From Pseudomonadota bacterium (GTDB taxonomy: Bacteria > Pseudomonadota > Gammaproteobacteria > GCA-002705445 > GCA-002716945): a stretch of DNA of 64,000 bases. The position numbers and the translations under genes were made by a program. The notes below the pieces were generated by a model, which was not told where the DNA came from, made no database searches, and saw only the letters and a program-made list of their open reading frames with translations. Position 1 is the stretch's first letter. Each line of letters opens with the position of its first letter. Shown here piece after piece: positions 37,401 through 49,926 of the stretch. The stretch spans positions 7,636 to 71,635 of the forward strand of contig JAYZYL010000004.1 of NCBI GenBank assembly GCA_036140295.1. The letters are read 5' to 3'.

Positions 37401-37836
37401 TATTATAAAAGATGGCTATGCAGGCTATATACCTAGTGATTATAAAATCAGTAAATGGGCTAACACTTCTTTTATTAAAAATAAAAAATCTTTTGTAACA
37501 ATAAAACTTGCAAAAAGATCTGAAATTATGAAGCTAAACAGAAAGTATTTTAAAAAGGAAAAACCATGTAACGTCCTATCTTTCCCTATAAGATCCGAAA
37601 TTGTGAAAGGTGAATATTTTTTAGGAGATATAATTATTTGTCCCCCAATAATTAATAAAGAGTCTAAAGAATTTAATATAAAAAAAGATATGAGATGGGC
37701 GCATATGGTGGTTCATTCTATGCTTCACCTTCAAGGCTATACGCATGAGTCAAAGAAGAATAGAGAAATTATGGAAATGAAAGAAATTGAACTTATGATC
37801 AACCTTGGTTATACAGACCCTTATAATGCAAACTAA
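37381..37836 (+). CDS. ybeY: rRNA maturation endoribonuclease YbeY
   Basis: NVLSFP, LGDIIIC, HSMLHLQGYTH; start uncertain (GTG 37381 or 37360). Confidence 0.92.
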   Translation: MNNLKISIIKDGYAGYIPSDYKISKWANTSFIKNKKSFVTIKLAKRSEIMKLNRKYFKKEKPCNVLSFPIRSEIVKGEYFLGDIIICPPIINKESKEFNIKKDMRWAHMVVHSMLHLQGYTHESKKNREIMEMKEIELMINLGYTDPYNAN

Positions 37837-38674
37837 AGTAACAAAAAATAAATGGTTAGATAAGATTCTGAGTTTGGTTGGTGATAAGCCAAAAGAAAAA
37901 TCTGACTTACTTGACATATTAAAAAATTCTTTGGTAGATGGTTTAATAGATCATGATTCTTTAAAAATGATCGAAGGGGTATTTAAAATTTCAGAAATAC
38001 AAGTGAGAGAAATAATGATCCCAAGACCTCACATGATAGTTTTAGACATAAGTGATGATGTTGATGAGATCATTAAAAAGGTAGCTTCTTCTGGCCATTC
38101 AAGGTTTCCAGTAATTGACGGAAATAGGGATGAAATTATAGGAGTTTTATTAGCAAAAGATTTGCTTAAGAGGTCAACAGAAGAGGATAGTGATGATTTT
38201 GATATACATGAGTTAATAAATCCAGCAGTTTTTGTTCCTGAAAGCAAAAGATTAAATATTATCTTGAATGAATTTAAGGCGAACAGAAATCATATTGCAA
38301 TTGTAATTGATGAGCATGGAGGTGTTTCTGGGTTAGTAACGATTGAAGATGTCATTGAGGAAATTGTTGGACAAATTGACGATGAACATGATAAAACTAA
38401 CGATTCAAGGATACTAACACAAAATAGAAATACTTTTATTGTTGATGCTCTTACAAGCCTTGAGGAGTTTAACAAATATTTTTCAACAGACTTTGCCGAT
38501 GATGACGTAGAAACAATAGGAGGTTATTTAATCAATCAATTTGAGAGAGTTCCCCAAAAGAGTGAAAATATAAAAATTGGAAACCTTTTATTTAGAGTTT
38601 TATCTGCAGATTCTAGAAAGATTAATAGAATCCAAATTGTGACAAGTATAGTGAAAGGTAAACACAATCAATAA
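37826..38674 (+). CDS. corC: CBS-domain Mg/Co transport protein CorC
   Basis: VREIMIPR, HSRFPV, GLVTIEDVIEEIVG; start ATG 37826. Confidence 0.93.
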   Translation: MQTKVTKNKWLDKILSLVGDKPKEKSDLLDILKNSLVDGLIDHDSLKMIEGVFKISEIQVREIMIPRPHMIVLDISDDVDEIIKKVASSGHSRFPVIDGNRDEIIGVLLAKDLLKRSTEEDSDDFDIHELINPAVFVPESKRLNIILNEFKANRNHIAIVIDEHGGVSGLVTIEDVIEEIVGQIDDEHDKTNDSRILTQNRNTFIVDALTSLEEFNKYFSTDFADDDVETIGGYLINQFERVPQKSENIKIGNLLFRVLSADSRKINRIQIVTSIVKGKHNQ

Positions 38675-38687
38675 AAAATTAACTGGG

Positions 38688-40193
38688 ATGCATCTCCTGA
38701 TCAATAATCATATTATCCTAACTAAATATTTTTTGGTCTCACTGGCTGGCATGGCATATTCTTATGCATTTGCCCCTTATAACCTTATTTATCTTGTTTA
38801 TATCTCACTTTTTATTTTTTTTTATATTCTTATAGTGTCTACAAAAGAAGAAAGTATTAAACTCTCATTTACTTATGGGCTATTTTTATTTTTGTTTGGA
38901 GTAAATTGGATATTTAATAGTATTTATAATTTTGGAGGACAACATTTATTTTTATCCTTATTAATTACATTCCTATTTATTATAATTCTTGCTGCAACAT
39001 TTGTGCTAATTGGGTTTTTTATAAATAAACCATATCTTAATTTAAGCCTACAAAAAAAAGTTTTCGTAGGATCTTCCATTTGGATTTTTTCTGAGTGGCT
39101 GAGATCAAACTTTTTTGGAGGTTTCCCATGGCTGTTACTTGGACATAGCCAGGCTGAAACTTATTTGAGCCCTTTGTATCCGTTATTAGGTAGTTACATG
39201 GTTGGATTTGTAGTTGTAGCATTGATTTTATATTTTGTATTTGCTCTTATTGATAGAAAACATACTAGAGAATCAATTTTTAGTATACTTTCATTAATAA
39301 TTGTATTTAGTTTATTAAATAATATTAATAATAAATGGATTACTCATTTAAATAACCCAATAAAATTTTCAATTATTCAACCAAATATTAAACAAGAAAT
39401 AAAGTTTAACAATGATGAAATTCTTCTTATTAAGAAAAAATATTTATCCCTTATTATGGATAAAAAGAATAGGGATTTAATTATTTTTCCAGAGACCGCA
39501 CTATCTACATTTTATCAAAATGATAGAAATTTTTTTAGAGAAACCATTAATCTTGTGGGTTCAAAAACATCAATTCTCTCAGGGACTTTTAGGTATGATG
39601 AAAAGAATTCAAAAATATTTAACAGTATAGTTTTGGTCAACAAACATGAACAGTTTTATGATAAAAGACATTTAGTTCCTTTTGGTGAATATGTACCATT
39701 CCCAAAAATTTTTCAATTCTTTGCAGATAATTTTAGTATTCCAATGTCAAATCTATCAAAAGGGAAAGAAATACAAAATGTTCTCCAATTAGGAAATAAT
39801 AATATTTATCCATTAATATGCTATGAGATTACTTTTCCAAACCTAATCAATATAAATCAGAAAGACTCTGGACTAATAATTAATATCAGTAATGATGCAT
39901 GGTTTGGAAACTCATCAGCTCCATCACAACATTTGCAGATAGCTCAGATACGGGCACTTGAAACACAGAGATACATTTTACGTTCAGCTAACACAGGCAT
40001 TTCTGCAATAATTGATCCGTATGGAAATATATTGCAAAAAATAGATTTCGATACTGAAGGTACATTAGATGGAACAGTTCCTGTTTCAATTGGTAGAACA
40101 CCTTTCATGGATTTTGGCGATTACTCTATTTTGATGTTAATATTTATATTTATGTTCTTAATTTTTAGTAGTAAGCCTCAAAAAGATGGATAA
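38688..40193 (+). CDS. lnt: Apolipoprotein N-acyltransferase
   Basis: [26 protein letters not shown] catalytic motifs. Confidence 0.96.
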   Translation: MHLLINNHIILTKYFLVSLAGMAYSYAFAPYNLIYLVYISLFIFFYILIVSTKEESIKLSFTYGLFLFLFGVNWIFNSIYNFGGQHLFLSLLITFLFIIILAATFVLIGFFINKPYLNLSLQKKVFVGSSIWIFSEWLRSNFFGGFPWLLLGHSQAETYLSPLYPLLGSYMVGFVVVALILYFVFALIDRKHTRESIFSILSLIIVFSLLNNINNKWITHLNNPIKFSIIQPNIKQEIKFNNDEILLIKKKYLSLIMDKKNRDLIIFPETALSTFYQNDRNFFRETINLVGSKTSILSGTFRYDEKNSKIFNSIVLVNKHEQFYDKRHLVPFGEYVPFPKIFQFFADNFSIPMSNLSKGKEIQNVLQLGNNNIYPLICYEITFPNLININQKDSGLIINISNDAWFGNSSAPSQHLQIAQIRALETQRYILRSANTGISAIIDPYGNILQKIDFDTEGTLDGTVPVSIGRTPFMDFGDYSILMLIFIFMFLIFSSKPQKDG

Positions 40194-42636
40194 GGAATAT
40201 AGTCACAAAATAATTGAAGAAGAAGCTCAAAAATATTGGGGCGAAAAAAAATTATTTAAGACAGACTTTTCAAATACTAAAAATAAATTCTACTGCTTAA
40301 GCATGTTTCCATACCCAAGTGGAGAGTTACATATTGGACATGTTAGAAACTATGCAATAGGGGATCTAATTTCGAGAGCTAATAGAATGATTGGAAAGGA
40401 AGTATTTCAGCCAATGGGATGGGATGCCTTTGGTCTTCCTGCTGAGAATGCAGCAATACAAAATAAGGTTCATCCATCTGAATGGACAAAAGGAAATATT
40501 GCTTCAATGAAAAAACAACTCAATAATCTTGGCTTTTCATATGATTGGGAATCTGAAATTTCTACGGCAGACCCTAAATACTTTAAGTGGGAACAATGGT
40601 TTTTTTTGAAACTCTTAAAAAAAGACTTAGTCTATCGAAAAAAATCTGAGGTTAATTGGGATCCAATTGATAAAACTGTTCTTGCAAATGAACAGGTTAT
40701 AGATGGAAAAGGCTGGAGATCGGGTGCAGTTATTGAAAGAAAAGAAATACCGCAATGGTTTTTAAAAATTTCTGCATATTCAGATGAGCTTTTAAGTAGT
40801 ATTGACGAACTCAACCAGTGGCCAGATTCTGTAAAAATGATGCAAAAAAATTGGATAGGAAAGTCTGAAGGTGCAACAGTATTTTTTGAAATTGAGAATA
40901 GTGAGAAAAGAATCGAAGTTTTTACAACAAGACTAGATACAATTTTTGGAGCAACTTTTTTAGCTGTTTCTCCAAATCATTTTATAGTTGATGATAATTT
41001 AAAAAAAGATGAGAAGGTGGGAAATTTTCTTAAGAAGCATTCATCAATGAAAGTATCAGAAGAAACTTTGTCAACCGTAGATAAAGAAGGAGTTTATACA
41101 GGGATGAATGCGATTCATCCTCTAAGTAAAAAGAAAATTCCTATTTGGATTGCGAATTATGTTCTTTCTGGATATGGAACAGGATCTGTTATGTCTGTAC
41201 CAGCACATGATGAGAGGGATTATGAGTTTGCTATCAAATATAATTTACCAGTAGAAATAGTAATTAAGCCTAAAAATTCTAAAAAAGAAACAAAAGTTTT
41301 TTTAGATGATGGAGTACTGCGTAATTCTGGTAATTATTCAGGGATGAGTTCTAGAGAAGGAAGAGAAGAAATTTTAAAAGATTTGAAAAAAAGTAAATTG
41401 GGAAATAATAAAATTAATTATAGATTGAGAGATTGGGGTATATCTAGACAAAGATATTGGGGCTGTCCAATACCAGTTCTTTACCATGATGATGGTTCTA
41501 TTTATCCAATTCCTGAAGAACAACTTCCCGTAGAACTTCCTTTTGATATTAATTTTTCACATGATGGAAACCCGTTAGAAAATCACCCAGAATGGAAGCA
41601 TATAAAGTGTCCATATACCGGAAAAGATGCTACTCGAGAGACAGATACTTTTGACACTTTCTTTGAATCATCTTGGTATTATCTAAGATTTTTATCACCA
41701 ATGGACTCGGAAAATCTTTTGGCTCCAGATAGAAAAAAATGGCTTCCTGTAGATCAATATATTGGGGGAATTGAACATGCGATCTTACACCTTTTGTATG
41801 CAAGGTTTTTCCACAAGTTAATGAGAGATGAAAAAATAGTAAATAATCCAGAACCATTCTCTGCGCTATTATCACAAGGAATGGTACTTAATCAAGGCAT
41901 AAAAATGTCTAAATCAAAAAATAATACAATTGATCCCAATGACATTATTAAGAAATATGGGGCTGATACAGCGCGAGTTTTTATAATCTTTGCTGCCCCA
42001 CCAGATCAAAATTTAGAATGGTCAGATTCTGCAATTGAAGGATCTTATAAATTTTTGAAACGGTTATGGATGTTAAGTTATTCAATAAATTCTAAAAAAA
42101 AGATGGAAGCAGAAGAGAGCAATGTTAAAGATGAAGAGAACTTAAAAAATTTAAAGAAAAAAATTCATAACACCATTAAGAAAGTTACAAAAGATATTTT
42201 TGAGAGAAAAAACTTTAATACAGCAGTCGCAGCAATGATGGAATTACTAAATGAATTAATAAAATTTAACTCTCTAAGTGCACGTTCAGAAGATACCTTG
42301 ATAGAAGGGTTAGAAGTTCTTTTAAAAATGTTGTCACCTATTGCTCCACATATAACACATAAAATTTGGTTTGAACTTGGACACACAGTTCCTATCATGT
42401 CTGAAAAGTGGCCTATAGCTGATGAGGATGCTCTTACTGATGCAAATATAGAGATAATTGTCCAGATAAATGGTAAGCTTAGGTCTAAAATAATTGTGAC
42501 GCAGGATGAATCTGAAAATTCTGTAACAGAAAAGGCACGTAATTGTGATAAGGCAAAAAAACATTTAGACAATAAAACAATAGAAAAAGTTATCTATGTT
42601 AAGAACAAATTAATTAATTTTGTAGTTAATCAATGA
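40186..42636 (+). CDS. leuS: Leucyl-tRNA synthetase
   Basis: [28 protein letters not shown]. Confidence 0.99.
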   Translation: MDKEYSHKIIEEEAQKYWGEKKLFKTDFSNTKNKFYCLSMFPYPSGELHIGHVRNYAIGDLISRANRMIGKEVFQPMGWDAFGLPAENAAIQNKVHPSEWTKGNIASMKKQLNNLGFSYDWESEISTADPKYFKWEQWFFLKLLKKDLVYRKKSEVNWDPIDKTVLANEQVIDGKGWRSGAVIERKEIPQWFLKISAYSDELLSSIDELNQWPDSVKMMQKNWIGKSEGATVFFEIENSEKRIEVFTTRLDTIFGATFLAVSPNHFIVDDNLKKDEKVGNFLKKHSSMKVSEETLSTVDKEGVYTGMNAIHPLSKKKIPIWIANYVLSGYGTGSVMSVPAHDERDYEFAIKYNLPVEIVIKPKNSKKETKVFLDDGVLRNSGNYSGMSSREGREEILKDLKKSKLGNNKINYRLRDWGISRQRYWGCPIPVLYHDDGSIYPIPEEQLPVELPFDINFSHDGNPLENHPEWKHIKCPYTGKDATRETDTFDTFFESSWYYLRFLSPMDSENLLAPDRKKWLPVDQYIGGIEHAILHLLYARFFHKLMRDEKIVNNPEPFSALLSQGMVLNQGIKMSKSKNNTIDPNDIIKKYGADTARVFIIFAAPPDQNLEWSDSAIEGSYKFLKRLWMLSYSINSKKKMEAEESNVKDEENLKNLKKKIHNTIKKVTKDIFERKNFNTAVAAMMELLNELIKFNSLSARSEDTLIEGLEVLLKMLSPIAPHITHKIWFELGHTVPIMSEKWPIADEDALTDANIEIIVQINGKLRSKIIVTQDESENSVTEKARNCDKAKKHLDNKTIEKVIYVKNKLINFVVNQ

Positions 42637-43127
42637 AAAACCTTCCAAAGAAAATACAAGTAATATTTCTATCATGCATAATTTCAGCATGTGGCTTTAC
42701 ATTGCGTGGCGAATTAAACCTACCAGATGATGTAAAGACCATTGCGCTAGTTACAGAAGGATATAGTCCTACCTCAAGTGAAATAAATCTTCTCTTAACA
42801 GGCTTTGGAGTAGAAACATCTAGCAGAAAGATACCGGATAGTTTTTTAATAAGAATCATAGCAGAAAGACATGATAGGAGGCAATTAACCTTAAGCCAAG
42901 CAGGGAGAGTTAATGAATATGAACTGATATTCAAATTAACATATGAAATTGATACACCTCTTGGAGATAAGGAGCGAGATAGAATTGTTTTATATAGAGA
43001 TTATTCATTTGATGAAAGTAGAATTTTAGGAACATCAGATAGGGAAGAAGAAATTAGAAAAGAGATGGAAGCTACTGCAGCAAGTATCATCGTAAATAAA
43101 CTCAAAGCTAGAATTGAATCAATGTGA
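42633..43127 (+). CDS. lptE: LPS assembly lipoprotein LptE
   Basis: Lipobox ISAC-GF.LRG; directly after leuS. Confidence 0.92.
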   Translation: MKNLPKKIQVIFLSCIISACGFTLRGELNLPDDVKTIALVTEGYSPTSSEINLLLTGFGVETSSRKIPDSFLIRIIAERHDRRQLTLSQAGRVNEYELIFKLTYEIDTPLGDKERDRIVLYRDYSFDESRILGTSDREEEIRKEMEATAASIIVNKLKARIESM

Positions 43128-43826
43128 GTGTTTATTGTCCTGAAAGCTATAAGGAGTTTCTCTTGTTTTATCATGAATATTCATTCTATATTCCACAAAT
43201 TTTTTTAAATCTTTAAAATGAAAAAAAGGATTTCCTTCAATCTGCTCCTTTAGAGTTGAAGTTTTTTTGGTTGAATAGTCATGTCCTGGTAGTATTAAAG
43301 TTTTACTGTTTAGATAAAGTTTAAGATCTTTGAGAGTATTGTACATCTCTTCGGGGTTCCCCCCATGCAAATCACATCTACCACATCCAAAAACAAATAA
43401 GGTATCTCCAGCAATAAGATTTTCACCAATAAGATAGCATACAGACCCAGGTGTATGACCTGGTGTATGCATAGACCTTATTTGTGTGTCTCCAAGAATT
43501 ATCATATCATCACCATTATCAATAGAAAAATTATCATATAACTTTCCCCAAAATAACTTCTCTTTTTTATTTATGTGTATTTGGACATCATTTTTTACAA
43601 GAATTTCATCAACTGCATTTACATGATCATGGTGACTGTGGGTTAAAAGTATTTTTTCTAAGAGAAGATTATTTTCCTTTATAAACGAGGATATTGAAGA
43701 TAAATCCCATGCAGGGTCAACTATTGCGGCCTTCTTGGTTTTGATATCCCAAATAAGGTAAATCAAATTCTGCATTGGACCAACTGAAAAAGTTTTTATC
43801 TTAAAGGTTGCACTTATTCCTTGCAT
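43119..43826 (-). CDS. Metallo-beta-lactamase-fold hydrolase (glyoxalase II-like)
   Basis: THSHHDH, TPGHTPG, GDTLF..GCGRCD, PGHDY. Confidence 0.9.
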   Translation of the reverse strand: MQGISATFKIKTFSVGPMQNLIYLIWDIKTKKAAIVDPAWDLSSISSFIKENNLLLEKILLTHSHHDHVNAVDEILVKNDVQIHINKKEKLFWGKLYDNFSIDNGDDMIILGDTQIRSMHTPGHTPGSVCYLIGENLIAGDTLFVFGCGRCDLHGGNPEEMYNTLKDLKLYLNSKTLILPGHDYSTKKTSTLKEQIEGNPFFHFKDLKKFVEYRMNIHDKTRETPYSFQDNKHSH

Positions 43827-43872
43827 AATAAACCATTATATCATATTTTATAAACAATAATTTTGTACTCTA

Positions 43873-44151
43873 ATGACAGAAATAATACTCAAACCAGAAT
43901 TAATTAAAACACTACAAAAAGTTCTTGTAGACTATGAACCAAAAAATGAAGATCCTATTTTAGCTGCCCAATATTTATCAGCTGTTGTTGGTTCAATTGT
44001 AGCTACATCTAATTTATCTGCCCAAGAAAGAGAAGAGATCTTAAAACAATTACTCGAGTTCATAAAATATGTATATGATCAACAAGTATCGGTTTCTCCT
44101 AGCAGACAAGAAGAAAAAGAAGACGCATTTGGAAAGTGGAAGCCTAAATAG
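43873..44151 (+). CDS. Small hypothetical helical protein (92 aa)
   Basis: Fills the gap between the MBL gene and pyrD; ATG start, codon usage like neighbours; ends AFGKWKPK. Confidence 0.75.
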   Translation: MTEIILKPELIKTLQKVLVDYEPKNEDPILAAQYLSAVVGSIVATSNLSAQEREEILKQLLEFIKYVYDQQVSVSPSRQEEKEDAFGKWKPK

Positions 44152-45184
44152 CTTTCTTGATCAATTCATCTACTATATTATCAATCAATCCTGTTCCAGA
44201 GTAGACCAAACCAGTATACATTTGTAAAAGTTTTGCACCGCACAGAATTTTCTCATATCCTAATTCTGGAGAAACAATACCTCCGACTCCAATAATTTCA
44301 ATTTTTTTATCAAGAATTTTTTTGAGGTGTTTAATTTTTTCATTAGATTTTGCTGTTAAAGGTTTTCCACTGACTCCGCCCTGAAAACTTTGATACTTAT
44401 CATCTTGAAGAATTTTTTTATCTATAGTTGTATTGGTAGCTATAACACCGTTAATTTCATAGTTCAACAAGGTCTTGCAAAAATTTTCTAGTTGCTGTGC
44501 AGTCAAATCTGGCGATATTTTTATTACTAAAGGTACATGTTTCTTGTAAACTTTATTGAGATTATCATGAAGTCTTTTTATATTTCTCAAAAGAGTATCA
44601 ATATTTTCATCTAGCTGTAAACTTCTCAGATCCTTTGTATTTGGCGATGAAACATTGAGCGTTATATAATCAGCTAGAGAATAAACCTTTCTCATACAAT
44701 ATTCATAATCTTGATACGCCTTTTCAATTGGAGTAGTAGCATTTTTACTAATGTTTATTCCTATTGGTATATCTCTATCAAATTTTTTTAATTTTTCTTT
44801 AAGATAATCAACTCCATTATTATTAAAACCTAAGTGATTAATGATCGCCTTTTCTCCTGGTATTCTAAAAATGCGAGGCTTATTGTTACCAAATTGAGGT
44901 CTAGGAGTTACAGTTCCAAGTTCAACAAAACCAAATCCTATATTAGTTATAAAGTTTAGATAATCACCATTTTTGTCAAAGCCTGCTGCTAAACCTATAG
45001 GGTTTTCAAATTTGATTCCCATAGAGTTGGTAGGGAATTTCTTTACATCAGACTTCAAAAACCTTTTTAGCCAAGATTTATAAAGAGTTTCTGCAATTGT
45101 TAAAGATATATAGTGTGCTTTTTCAGGTTCGAATAAAAAAATTAAACGTTGATATAATGTGAAAAGAATTTTTGTTAAGTTCAT
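44144..45184 (-). CDS. pyrD: Quinone-dependent dihydroorotate dehydrogenase (class 2)
   Basis: GLAAGFDKN, NVSSPNT, KISPDL, NTT, GGVSG, GVGGI. Confidence 0.98.
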   Translation of the reverse strand: MNLTKILFTLYQRLIFLFEPEKAHYISLTIAETLYKSWLKRFLKSDVKKFPTNSMGIKFENPIGLAAGFDKNGDYLNFITNIGFGFVELGTVTPRPQFGNNKPRIFRIPGEKAIINHLGFNNNGVDYLKEKLKKFDRDIPIGINISKNATTPIEKAYQDYEYCMRKVYSLADYITLNVSSPNTKDLRSLQLDENIDTLLRNIKRLHDNLNKVYKKHVPLVIKISPDLTAQQLENFCKTLLNYEINGVIATNTTIDKKILQDDKYQSFQGGVSGKPLTAKSNEKIKHLKKILDKKIEIIGVGGIVSPELGYEKILCGAKLLQMYTGLVYSGTGLIDNIVDELIKKAI

Positions 45185-45243
45185 ATTAGTACTTATCTTT
45201 AATGTAGAATCATTATACTGTAAACTAGCTTAACAGATTTAGT

Positions 45244-45272
45244 TTGACTATTTTTAATTTACAACTTAGAAT
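45244..45272 (+). promoter_or_regulatory. katG upstream promoter P1
   Basis: TTGACT-N17-TAGAAT. Confidence 0.65.
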
Positions 45273-45281
45273 GATTCTAAA
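45265..45281. promoter_or_regulatory. ICE-like (Irr box) palindrome
   Basis: CTTAGAATGATTCTAAA, 16/17 to TTTAGAA-N3-TTCTAAA; overlaps the -10 of P1. Confidence 0.7.
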
Positions 45282-45283
45282 TA

Positions 45284-45312
45284 TAGACTAACTCTATCTG
45301 TAATATTATAAT
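45284..45312 (+). promoter_or_regulatory. katG downstream promoter P2
   Basis: TAGACT-N17-TATAAT. Confidence 0.6.
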
Positions 45313-45347
45313 GAAGAATAGAAAGTTTATAAAGGGGAAACAAGTAA

Positions 45348-47552
<2,205 letters not shown>

Positions 47553-47567
47553 AACTTAAAAGATAAA

Positions 47568-47966
47568 TTACTTATTTTTAACTTTTATTAAAACTTCTGT
47601 CTTTTCAAGCTTCATTGAATCTGGAAGTTTTGGTAATTTTGAAAATGATATTCTGTTTTCATTTATATCAAACAGACTGTTGTCATTCAGATTAAAAATA
47701 TGATGGTGATGTTTTAAATTTGTATCATAAAATTTTTGTTCACTATCTAAATTAATTACCTTTAACAAGCCTTTAGATTCAAAGATAGATAACGTGTTAT
47801 AAACAGTAGCTTGAGAAATATGAATTTTTGATTTTTTGATTTTTTTGATTAGATCTATGGCTGTAAAATGTTGATCTCCAATAAAAATAAGATCAGCAAT
47901 TTGTAGACGTTGTTTTGTTGGGGTTATTTGATTTTTAGCCAAATAGTTTTTAAAGTCGTTTTTCAT
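47568..47966 (-). CDS. irr: Fur-family regulator, Irr-like
   Basis: PTKQR, HFTA, SQATVYNTL, YDTN..HHHH, no CxxC motifs, C-terminal LPKLP as in Irr proteins. Confidence 0.75.
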   Translation of the reverse strand: MKNDFKNYLAKNQITPTKQRLQIADLIFIGDQHFTAIDLIKKIKKSKIHISQATVYNTLSIFESKGLLKVINLDSEQKFYDTNLKHHHHIFNLNDNSLFDINENRISFSKLPKLPDSMKLEKTEVLIKVKNK

Positions 47967-48006
47967 ACTCTCATTATATAATCAAAGGAAATAATTGAAA
48001 GTATTT

Positions 48007-48894
48007 TTATTTATTGTAACTCTCAATAATTTTATTTATTATTGATGAGTCGTTGTTACCTAACTTTTTATCAATAGTTTTTTGCATTAATTTATTGACA
48101 TATGCAGCTCCTTTTAATTGAATTTTCAGTTTCTTTGCAAGTTTATTAGCTATTTTTAAATCCTTTAGATGAAGGGATGCCTTAAATCCAGGTTTATAGT
48201 TTTTATTGATCATTCGTAGACCATGTATATCTAATATCTTGCTATATCCAAAACCACCCAATAATGCGTCTCGTACAAGTTTCTGATTGCATCCAGATTT
48301 TTTTGCTAGGATTAATATTTCACTGACTGCCATCATTGTTTCTGCTACTAAAATCTGATTACATGCTTTTGTAATCTGCCCTGATCCACTTTTTCCAATG
48401 TACTTAATATTTTTTCCTAAAACCCTTAAGATAGGCTTAACTTTGTCAAATACTTTTTTTTCCCCTCCTATCATTATTGATAATTCTCCATTTTTTGCAC
48501 CTATTTCACCTCCCGAAACGGGAGCATCGATAAAATCAGAATTTTTCTTTTTTAATTGGTTAGAAATAAAAATGGTTGTTTCAGGAGCAATAGTACTCAT
48601 ATCAATTATAGTCGAACCTTTAGTAATGTGTTTATGTAGGCCACCTGCTCCGAGAACAACATCAAAAACATCTTTGGAGTCAGGTAAATTTGTAATTATT
48701 GTCTTTGACTTCCGTGGAATATCTTCAATTTTTGGTATAAATTCACCACCAAGTCTTCTAATCTCATTTATGACAGACTTTTTTCTTGCAAAAAAAATTA
48801 TATGATAATTGGATTTCAATAAATTTTTGACCATAGGCTTCCCCATTATCCCTAATCCTACGAAGCCAATAATTTTCTTAAGTTTTTTAGCCAT
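48007..48894 (-). CDS. NAD(P)-dependent beta-hydroxyacid dehydrogenase (2-hydroxy-3-oxopropionate reductase-like)
   Basis: GFVGLGIMG, DAPVSGG, GSGQITKACNQ; start ATG 48894 or GTG 48897. Confidence 0.88.
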   Translation of the reverse strand: MAKKLKKIIGFVGLGIMGKPMVKNLLKSNYHIIFFARKKSVINEIRRLGGEFIPKIEDIPRKSKTIITNLPDSKDVFDVVLGAGGLHKHITKGSTIIDMSTIAPETTIFISNQLKKKNSDFIDAPVSGGEIGAKNGELSIMIGGEKKVFDKVKPILRVLGKNIKYIGKSGSGQITKACNQILVAETMMAVSEILILAKKSGCNQKLVRDALLGGFGYSKILDIHGLRMINKNYKPGFKASLHLKDLKIANKLAKKLKIQLKGAAYVNKLMQKTIDKKLGNNDSSIINKIIESYNK

Positions 48895-48932
48895 CACATG
48901 CTATATTATATATAATCTTAGGCATTTTCGAT

Positions 48933-49922
48933 ATGAAACTTAGTCACAAAGAATTTACTAGAGCAAAAACAATTCCACAATTACCTATATATTTGATTCA
49001 CGGTAGTCCTAGGCATTTACAAAATGAAATTGAAAGAAAGATATGTTCTCATTACAAGGGAAGCAATTTTTCCGAAAAGAAAAACTTCATCGTTGACACT
49101 AACTTTAATCTAGAAGAGCTCAGAAATGAACTTGAATTAATTCCACTTTTTGGAGAAAACAGGATATTAATATTAAACATTGTCTCAAACACCATTCCTC
49201 AAAAAGTAGTAAAAATTTTGAAGGAATCAAAAATTCCAGATGATTTAAGATTAATTATAAAACTTGGTAAGCAACCATACTCATTTAAAAAAACAAGCTT
49301 TTATGAGTTCTGTTCAAAATCAAATTGTATTGTAGAAATATTTGAACTTAAGGGGAATGATCTTAGAAATTGGGTGAAACAAAAATTTTTAATAAATAAA
49401 TTAAATTATTCAGATAAAATATTTAGCAAAATTTTGAATAAAACTGAAGGAAATACACTTTCTATCGCGCAAGAATTATATAAAATGTCACTACTAAAAC
49501 TTGATGACTTAAATAGTTATTTTGATATTGTACAAAATGATTATAAATTCTCTGAAAATGATTTAATTGATGCACTTTTTGCGCGTAAGTTATCTAAATC
49601 TCTAAAGATATTAGATTATCTACAGTCCGTTAACTTTCCTGAACCTTTATTAATTTTCTTACTAAATAATGAATTTAAAAAAATTTATTCTTTGTCAAGT
49701 GACACTAAACTGGCAATATATATCCCTAATTACAAAATGGCAATTTATAATGATCTATCAAGTCAAATTAATCATGATGTATTATCTAATCTAATCCAAT
49801 ATTGCCATGAGATTGATAAAACTATAAAGTTAGGTCCTGCTGAGATTGAATTTTGGCATCAGCTTGAAATCCTAATCTCCTGCTTTATACTCAATAAAAC
49901 TGTTAACAAGTTTATTGGTTAA
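48933..49922 (+). CDS. holA: DNA polymerase III subunit delta (divergent)
   Basis: YLIHG, PLFGENRI, EGN....QELYKM; 329 aa; holA-proA synteny. Confidence 0.85.
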   Translation: MKLSHKEFTRAKTIPQLPIYLIHGSPRHLQNEIERKICSHYKGSNFSEKKNFIVDTNFNLEELRNELELIPLFGENRILILNIVSNTIPQKVVKILKESKIPDDLRLIIKLGKQPYSFKKTSFYEFCSKSNCIVEIFELKGNDLRNWVKQKFLINKLNYSDKIFSKILNKTEGNTLSIAQELYKMSLLKLDDLNSYFDIVQNDYKFSENDLIDALFARKLSKSLKILDYLQSVNFPEPLLIFLLNNEFKKIYSLSSDTKLAIYIPNYKMAIYNDLSSQINHDVLSNLIQYCHEIDKTIKLGPAEIEFWHQLEILISCFILNKTVNKFIG

Positions 49923-49926
49923 AAAG

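Noticed and set aside
41860-41925. LeuS lacking the leucine-specific domain before KMSKS and lacking ZN1 cysteines
   Set aside because: Both are known natural LeuRS variants
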